A stretch of 64,000 nucleotides of DNA from Anaerolineales bacterium (GTDB lineage: Bacteria > Chloroflexota > Anaerolineae > Anaerolineales > Villigracilaceae), in NCBI GenBank assembly GCA_016789365.1, contig JAEURH010000002.1:27007-91006 (forward strand), given 5' to 3'. Numbering within the stretch: the first letter of the stretch is position 1; each line of letters begins with the position of its first letter. This document shows positions 58,015-64,000 of the stretch, one piece after another. The notes below the pieces were generated by a model that saw only the letters and a list, made by a program, of their open reading frames with translations, was not told the origin of the DNA and ran no database searches. The position numbers and the translations under genes are program-made.

Positions 58015-58653
58015 ATGAGAAAAATATTTATTGTTTTTCTTACGTTAATTTGTCTCTCGGCTTGTTCAGCCTTACCTACTCAACAGCCACAAGCCTTGCC
58101 GTCAGGTTCTGTTTTATTTCAAGATGATTTTGCATCTGCCACCACAGGCTGGGACAGAATGCTTGTTCCCGAAGGTGTAATGGATTATGACGGCGGCGGT
58201 TATCGAATTATGGTTAATGCTTTGCAAACCAATTTTTGGTCAACGCCGAATAAAAATTTTGCCGATGTGCGCATGGAAGTAGATACCGGCAAATTAGCAG
58301 GTCCAGATGAAAACCGTATCGGCTTGCTTTGCCGCTTCAATGGCAAAGATTATTATTTCTTCATCATCACTTCTGATGGATTTTACGGCATAGGCTTATT
58401 CAAAGATGGTCAAGCGGTTTTGCTTGGGCAAAGTGAAATGTTATCTTCATCTAATATCAACAAAGGGCTTGCGATTAATCATCTGCGTGGCGATTGCGCT
58501 GGGCAAACATTAACTTTTTACATCAATGGCTTTCAAGTAGCACAAGTACAAGATTCAACATTAACATCTGGTGATGTGGGTTTAATCGCAGGCACATTTG
58601 CTACGCCAGGCGTGGATATTGTGTTTGATAATTTTGTGGTGTTACAACCTTAA
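58015..58653 (+). CDS. Lipoprotein with a ConA/DUF1080-like beta-sandwich domain
   Basis: Lipobox LSAC, LFQDDF..W, TFYING, G.VGL and FDNF.V. Confidence 0.75.
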   Translation: MRKIFIVFLTLICLSACSALPTQQPQALPSGSVLFQDDFASATTGWDRMLVPEGVMDYDGGGYRIMVNALQTNFWSTPNKNFADVRMEVDTGKLAGPDENRIGLLCRFNGKDYYFFIITSDGFYGIGLFKDGQAVLLGQSEMLSSSNINKGLAINHLRGDCAGQTLTFYINGFQVAQVQDSTLTSGDVGLIAGTFATPGVDIVFDNFVVLQP

Positions 58654-58659
58654 TACAAA

Positions 58660-58686
58660 GTAGGGGCGAGGGTACCTCGCCCCTAC
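58660..58686. repeat. GTAG-type REP palindrome
   Basis: GTAGGGGCGAGG-GTA-CCTCGCCCCTAC. Confidence 0.85.
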
Positions 58687-58695
58687 AAATTCGAT

Positions 58696-59967
58696 ATGAA
58701 AATTTTTCTCGATACCATTGGTTGCAGGCTCAACCAAGCAGAAATAGAAAACATGGCAAGGCAATTTCGCTCAGCAGGGCATGAAATTGTTGCATCTGCT
58801 GATTCTGCTGAAATGGCTGTGGTGAATACATGCGCCGTCACCACACAAGCCGCATCTGATTCTCGAAGCAAGATTCGCAACATTGCGCGTGCAGGTGTGC
58901 AAGAAATTATCCCAACAGGTTGTTGGACGACACTCCAACCCAAAGAAGCATCTGCACTTCCAAATGTTTTGCAAGTTATCACCAATGATAAAAAAGATTT
59001 TCTTGTAGCGGATGTTTTGAATATTCCACGAGAAAATTTTGATATTGAACCGATTGACCGCACACCAATCCCTGGACTTCATCGTCGCACGCGCGCCTTT
59101 ATCAAAGTGCAGGATGGTTGTGATAACAAATGCACATTTTGCATCACCACTGTTGCGCGTGGAGAAAGCAAAAGTCGTTCACTTGCAAATGTGATTGCGG
59201 ATATAAATTCCGCGCTCGCTGGCGATTCAAAAGAAATTGTTTTAACGGGTGTGCATCTTGGTTCGTGGGGACAAGATTTTGGAAACCATCATCTTCGCGA
59301 TTTAGTCAAAGCGATATTAAGAGAAACAGATGTCAAGCGATTGAGATTATCTTCTCTCGAACCGTGGGATTTAGATGCAGATTTCTTTTCTCTGTGGTCT
59401 GACAAACGCCTCATGCCTCACTTACACTTGCCTCTGCAATCCGGCAGTGATGCTACCTTGAAGCGTATGCTTCGCAAAACCACAACCGCTTCATTTCGTG
59501 AATTAGTTAATTCTGCCAGAAAACAAATCCCAGATGTTGCTATCACCACAGATATTATTGCAGGCTTCCCCGGTGAAACCGAAGAAGAGTTTTTTGAAAC
59601 ATTAGACTTTGTAAAAGAAATGAAATTTACTGGTGGGCATGTCTTTACTTATTCATCACGCCCCGGAACAGGAGCATCAAGGATGAAGGGGCAGGTCAAG
59701 CCTGAATTAAGAAAGAAGCGGAATCACATCTTACAAGAAGTGATTGAGGCATCTGCAAAAATCTATCGTCAAAAATTTATCGGTAAAAAAGTTTCAGTTT
59801 TATGGGAATCAACAACTGAATATGATGAGTTTGGCTGGAAGATGGAAGGTTGGTCTGAAAATTATTTACGGGTGAGTGCAATTGCTTCGTCACCGCGTTG
59901 GAATGAAGTGGATAAAGTGAAATTGATCGAAGTGGATGGCGAAAAAATTAAAGGAGAAATTGAATGA
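58696..59967 (+). CDS. mtaB: tRNA t6A37 methylthiotransferase (radical SAM)
   Basis: TIGCRLNQAE, NTCAVT, TGC, KVQDGCDNKCTFC, HLPLQSG and DIIAGFPGET. Confidence 0.88.
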   Translation: MKIFLDTIGCRLNQAEIENMARQFRSAGHEIVASADSAEMAVVNTCAVTTQAASDSRSKIRNIARAGVQEIIPTGCWTTLQPKEASALPNVLQVITNDKKDFLVADVLNIPRENFDIEPIDRTPIPGLHRRTRAFIKVQDGCDNKCTFCITTVARGESKSRSLANVIADINSALAGDSKEIVLTGVHLGSWGQDFGNHHLRDLVKAILRETDVKRLRLSSLEPWDLDADFFSLWSDKRLMPHLHLPLQSGSDATLKRMLRKTTTASFRELVNSARKQIPDVAITTDIIAGFPGETEEEFFETLDFVKEMKFTGGHVFTYSSRPGTGASRMKGQVKPELRKKRNHILQEVIEASAKIYRQKFIGKKVSVLWESTTEYDEFGWKMEGWSENYLRVSAIASSPRWNEVDKVKLIEVDGEKIKGEIE

Positions 59968-60842
59968 CAGCACAATTGATTGATGGAAAACTAATTGGAC
60001 AACAAGTACGTGATGAAGTTGCCGCCGCAGTTGCAAAACGAATTGCGGAAGGAAAACGCAAACCAACTTTAGCAACGGTTTTAATTGGTGATAGACCAGA
60101 CTCTGCCGCGTATGTTGCATCAAAGGGAAAAGCATGCCAAGAATTAGGCATGGGTTCAGTCAGTGAACATTTGCCATCCGATGCAACTCAAGAACAAGTT
60201 GAAACTTTAGTTAAAAAATTAAATGCTGACCCAAATATTAGCGGCATTTTAGTTCAATTACCAATGCCATCTCATATTGATGAAGAAAAAGTTTTATCTT
60301 TAATAAACATTGAAAAAGATGTGGATGGATTTTCTCCTTTGAATATTGGTCGCTTGGCACAAAAAGGACGTGAGCCATTATTTGTTCCATGCACGCCATT
60401 TGGAAGTATTTATTTGCTTGAAAAAAGCGGTGTGAAAATTGAAGGCGCAAATGCAGTGGTATTAGGTCGTTCTAACATTGTGGGAATGCCTGCGGCTTTG
60501 TTGTTAATTGGAAAAAACGCCACCGTGACAGTGGTTCATTCAAAAACAAAAGATATTCCAAATACACTTCGCCAAGCAGATATTGTGATTGCGGCAATTG
60601 GTAAAACCGAATTTGTACGCGGCGATTGGATTAAACCTGGTGCGGCTGTAATTGATGTGGGTATTAATGCAGTTCCTGACTCCACCAAGAAAAGCGGACA
60701 ACGATTAGTGGGTGATGTTAATTTTAATGAAGCCAAAGAGGTTGCAGGTTTTATTACGCCTGTGCCCGGTGGAGTGGGTCCGATGACGATTGCGATGTTG
60801 ATGAAGAATACATTACGCGCGGCAGAGTTCCAAGATTTGTGA
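59964..60842 (+). CDS. folD: Bifunctional methylenetetrahydrofolate dehydrogenase/cyclohydrolase
   Basis: YVASK, GILVQLP, KDVDG, PCTP, GRSNIVG and TPVPGGVGPMT. Confidence 0.97.
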   Translation: MTAQLIDGKLIGQQVRDEVAAAVAKRIAEGKRKPTLATVLIGDRPDSAAYVASKGKACQELGMGSVSEHLPSDATQEQVETLVKKLNADPNISGILVQLPMPSHIDEEKVLSLINIEKDVDGFSPLNIGRLAQKGREPLFVPCTPFGSIYLLEKSGVKIEGANAVVLGRSNIVGMPAALLLIGKNATVTVVHSKTKDIPNTLRQADIVIAAIGKTEFVRGDWIKPGAAVIDVGINAVPDSTKKSGQRLVGDVNFNEAKEVAGFITPVPGGVGPMTIAMLMKNTLRAAEFQDL

Positions 60843-60865
60843 AATATAATGAAGAGAATGTATCC

Positions 60866-61369
60866 TTAAAACGGCTTAAATCTCATCAAGAATAACAACA
60901 AACCTAAAACCACTAACCCAACCGTTGCTAACATGTGCGGATTCGTTTTGGCAATTAACCTATGCACTTCTTCCATATCCACTGATTTAGTTTCGTCGGC
61001 TGGATTATGAGTTGACATGCCAGTCATATATTCCAAACCCAATGCTTTGCGAATCGGGCTGTAATACGTTCGGCCATACCATGTCATCCATGCAGCCATC
61101 AAAAAGAAAATTAATGTAGATAGTCCCCACCAGCCTCTGCTCCACCATTGCACGGCATAGCCCATATAAATGCTGGTGATGAGCAGAATCAACATGCTGA
61201 TTCCCATCAATGGAATGGTGATGTTAGGCATATCCAAAAGCATTGACATACGTTTCACATCCTTTTCTTTGGGCAATAAAAAGGCTGTTGCCATCGAAAC
61301 GCCATGAGCAAAGAAAAATAAAATTGCGAACAAAATATGTAGCCATAGCATCCAATTGTATAGTGTCAT
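60866..61369 (-). CDS. DUF2269-like four-TM membrane protein
   Basis: N-terminal LHIL.A and C-terminal LM.FKPF; TATAAT and an AAGGAG RBS upstream. Confidence 0.7.
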   Translation of the reverse strand: MTLYNWMLWLHILFAILFFFAHGVSMATAFLLPKEKDVKRMSMLLDMPNITIPLMGISMLILLITSIYMGYAVQWWSRGWWGLSTLIFFLMAAWMTWYGRTYYSPIRKALGLEYMTGMSTHNPADETKSVDMEEVHRLIAKTNPHMLATVGLVVLGLLLFLMRFKPF

Positions 61370-61396
61370 TGTGCATTCTCCTTTTATTGAATTATA

Positions 61397-61444
61397 TAAC
61401 TATCTCAACCCTTCAAACAAATCAGTCTCCACTTCTCTTCCACC
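61397..61444 (-). repeat. Direct repeat copy 1: duplicated 3' end of the PIG-L deacetylase gene
   Basis: 45/48 nt identical to 62678-62725; encodes GGREVETDLFEGLR-stop. Confidence 0.9.
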
Positions 61445-61613
61445 GCTCAGGTGTGGCTTCGGGGATAAATGGGGTTTCCGAAGGCGTAGGAGTTTCTGTT
61501 TCAGGATTTTCTTCTTGGGCAAATACAGGTGGAAGTAGAAATGTGAAAGAGATAAATGCCGCAAAGAGAAAAGCCATTCCCAGCCATTTGAATAGATTAC
61601 GTTGTACTTTCAT
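61422..61613 (-). pseudogene. Probable truncated secreted protein joined to the direct repeat
   Basis: Signal peptide (...PPVFA-QEE) and an ETETPTPSETP linker, then an abrupt out-of-frame run into the repeat. Confidence 0.55.
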
Positions 61614-61636
61614 GTCATCTTCCTGTTATGAAGTTC

Positions 61637-62533
61637 TTAGGGTAAATTAAGTTTTAGTATTGGGCTTGGTATATAAAAAATTGAACTAACTCCTGGAAAA
61701 CTGAACAAATAGTAACCTGCCCCTTGCACAACTACTGCACTTTCATCATAGTACCAGCTTTTAAAATACCCCCCCATAAATCGCCCTCCTGTATATTCAC
61801 GGTTTACAACTGAAAAATTTGTTCCTGAAAAATAAATACCATCGTTGCGGACGACATATTTATTTGTAGGGGAAGAGACTTCGGCATGATAAAGCCCAAG
61901 ATCTATTATTTTATACTCCATATTGAAATTTCTCGTAAGTTGCACTAATTCTTCAGTGGAATCAGAATATACAACCCTGCCATTTGGATTCGTGTGAAAA
62001 TCAGAGGATAAGGCCACCAAAGTATTTTTTGAATGATGGATGTAAATATATTGAGCAGATTGAATGTAACTATAATTTTTCGGGTCAAATTTGCCGCCTG
62101 TCAAACGAGGGAGTGTATCAAGGTCGAGTAATTCATATCGTTTTCCATCGGTTAAATCTAAAATGTAATGAGGATGATAACCCGGCCCACCGGGTCGAGT
62201 CGTGCTTCCCTCTAACCAAACTAAATCTGAACTGAGAAAAATTCCTTTTTCTAACAAAAGCGGGTCATTTGGGAGTTTTCTTTTTTCACTTGTGCGCAAA
62301 TCTAATAAATACATTTTGCCAGCTCGTACTTCGCGCACAAATAGTACTTCTCCATCTGGCACACCACGCGCTCCAGGTCTTTTACAAGCAGAGACAAGAA
62401 CTTCAGTGTTGGGGGGACGGAAAATATCTTGTGCAGAACACAATGCCAATGATGGCAAATTGCAACATAACAATATAAAAAAGACGATACCGAGTATGTA
62501 TCGAAGAGGTTTATTATCTTTGAGTTTATTCAT
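61637..62533 (-). CDS. Hypothetical membrane-anchored or secreted protein
   Basis: 298-aa ORF with an N-terminal hydrophobic segment and GGGAGG RBS; lies between the direct repeats. Confidence 0.75.
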   Translation of the reverse strand: MNKLKDNKPLRYILGIVFFILLCCNLPSLALCSAQDIFRPPNTEVLVSACKRPGARGVPDGEVLFVREVRAGKMYLLDLRTSEKRKLPNDPLLLEKGIFLSSDLVWLEGSTTRPGGPGYHPHYILDLTDGKRYELLDLDTLPRLTGGKFDPKNYSYIQSAQYIYIHHSKNTLVALSSDFHTNPNGRVVYSDSTEELVQLTRNFNMEYKIIDLGLYHAEVSSPTNKYVVRNDGIYFSGTNFSVVNREYTGGRFMGGYFKSWYYDESAVVVQGAGYYLFSFPGVSSIFYIPSPILKLNLP

Positions 62534-62677
62534 GTGATTAGCCTCCCTTGAAGTTTGTTTTTTGAAATTTGTAAGACATCATCCATCTTTTTTTGTCTAT
62601 ATGGATTTTATTATAAGAGTCGAGTTTGAGTTAAGAGAAAAATTGGCACTCACTTTTTAATACAAAATATCGCCTTC

Positions 62678-62725
62678 TAACTATCTCAACCCTTCAAACA
62701 AATCTGTCTCCACTTCTCTGCCCCC
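62678..62725 (-). repeat. Direct repeat copy 2: current 3' end of the PIG-L deacetylase gene
   Basis: 45/48 nt identical to 61397-61444. Confidence 0.9.
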
Positions 62726-63490
62726 ATTCACCAAACTAAAAGCGCGGAAGAAAGTTCCTTGCATTGCCAATACTGCCACTGCCGCATCTTCATGGGCGTT
62801 GGCAAGTTCACCCAAAGTTGCCAATTGGCTTTGATGACATAGAATCGCTTTCCATGCTGTACGGCAATAATCGGCAGTATCAATGCGTGTGGTAATCATC
62901 CATTCTTTCCATGGGTTTTCACCGCGAATTTGGTCATCAACAGGAAAAGTCATATCACCGATAAACGGCTCAATCAAATTGATAAAATTTTCGCTATCCA
63001 CCATGTAATACAATTTTGAAACGCGGTGCGATTCAAGATTTTCATTATCTTTGTATGTTGAATCTGCGGCACACACAATTGCGGCGTTTGTAAATTGTCC
63101 AATCGCAATATGGTCAGGGTGACCATACGCTCCGTCCGAAGCAAACGTCACCACCACTTGCGGTTTGATTCTACGAATATGCGTGACAATTTTTCCAATC
63201 GCTTCATGATGATTTGCTTGGTCAACATCGCCGTCAATATAATCAAGAAAAGATAGACTCTTCATTCCCAAAATGTTGACTGCATTTTCCAATTCTTTTG
63301 TGCGGATTTCGCCAAGTCGCTTCAAGCCTGGATTCTGCTTGGGGTCACCAGCCCAGCCTCTTTCTCCGCGTGAAGCGCATACGAGATGAGGCTCCACGCC
63401 TTGTGCTGAATATTTAGCAATCGTCGCACCCATGCCCATTGATTCATCGTCAGGGTGTGCAAAAACGGCGAGAAGTTTTAATGAGGTCAT
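62681..63490 (-). CDS. PIG-L/MshB-family deacetylase
   Basis: AHPDDE, GE.G, R..E and YGHPDH; start moved to the ATG at 63490. Confidence 0.92.
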   Translation of the reverse strand: MTSLKLLAVFAHPDDESMGMGATIAKYSAQGVEPHLVCASRGERGWAGDPKQNPGLKRLGEIRTKELENAVNILGMKSLSFLDYIDGDVDQANHHEAIGKIVTHIRRIKPQVVVTFASDGAYGHPDHIAIGQFTNAAIVCAADSTYKDNENLESHRVSKLYYMVDSENFINLIEPFIGDMTFPVDDQIRGENPWKEWMITTRIDTADYCRTAWKAILCHQSQLATLGELANAHEDAAVAVLAMQGTFFRAFSLVNGGREVETDLFEGLR

Positions 63491-63569
63491 GTTAATTCCT
63501 TCTGGTTGGTAATAAAACATTGCTTTGACAATCATAATACTGCTTAATCGCTCTCGCAATGTTATTAAC

Positions 63570-64000
63570 TTACACCATCGTAACTATTACACTTCCTTTT
63601 TTATTCCCCGACTCAATATACTGATGTGCTTCTGCCGTTCGTTCCATCGGGTAGCGTTTATCCACAATCGCTTTTATCTTTCCAGCCTCAACCAATTCTT
63701 TGATGAAAATCAAATCTTCTAATTTTTCAGATGACATAGCACAAATCACTTTTTTGCTATTAGACTTTGCAGTTCGCATCATTTGAAAAACTTGCTTCAT
63801 CTTGAAACTTGCTAAAAGATAAACGCCTTTTGGCGTTAGTGAATCTTTACATTTTTCAAAAGAACTTTTATTCATAATATCAAAAATCAAATCATAAGTC
63901 TCACCGTTTTTTGTAAAATCTTCTTTGGTGTAATCTATCACTTTATCTGCCCCTAAAGATTTTACAAATCCCAATCTTGGTGTGCTACATACGGCAGTCA
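63570..64000 (-). CDS. MDR-family (quinone-oxidoreductase-like) NAD(P)-dependent dehydrogenase, 5' part outside the window
   Basis: The frame is open to the window end; LGADKVIDYT, YDLIFD and AH.Y.ESG.KKG. Confidence 0.85.
   Translation of the reverse strand, partial: TAVCSTPRLGFVKSLGADKVIDYTKEDFTKNGETYDLIFDIMNKSSFEKCKDSLTPKGVYLLASFKMKQVFQMMRTAKSNSKKVICAMSSEKLEDLIFIKELVEAGKIKAIVDKRYPMERTAEAHQYIESGNKKGSVIVTMV

Overview
A gene-dense bacterial chromosomal segment, most likely from a Chloroflexota (Anaerolineae-like) genome. This is inferred from Thr/Pro-linker secreted proteins, GT-C glycosyltransferases, an archaeal-type isopentenyl phosphate kinase and LCP/LysM genes. I found no rRNA, tRNA, CRISPR array, transposase or prophage. 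Four blocks: (1) 1-9.8 kb: amidase, fhs, ipk, thioesterase, psuG, an SPFH-like gene pair and a PHP protein. (2) 9.9-34.3 kb: a + strand purine/nucleoside catabolism region (8-oxoguanine-type deaminase, adenine deaminase, GntR/UTRA regulator, YgeY, YgeW-like carbamoyltransferase, carbamate kinase, BMP-type ABC transporter, threonine-synthase-like PLP enzyme), interleaved with unrelated genes including a solitary AT-rich AIPR gene. (3) 34.4-45.2 kb: a CarH/LitR-type carotenoid and photoprotection cluster (crtB, crtI, carH, DUF1295, DICT, photolyase, His-rich membrane protein, hydrolase, P450, lycopene cyclase) with recognisable CarH-type operator repeats. (4) 45.3-64 kb: signalling and housekeeping genes. 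The most unusual observations are a gene run with two apparent pseudo-enzymes (a His-less histidine kinase and a Tyr-less tyrosine recombinase) flanking LysM and LCP genes; eukaryote-like Fhs and FolD; a 48-bp gene-end duplication with only synonymous differences bracketing a ~1.2-kb insert; several small palindromic or heptamer repeat families, one in frame inside the P450; and many apparently leaderless genes. All family assignments come from motif recognition, not database searches.
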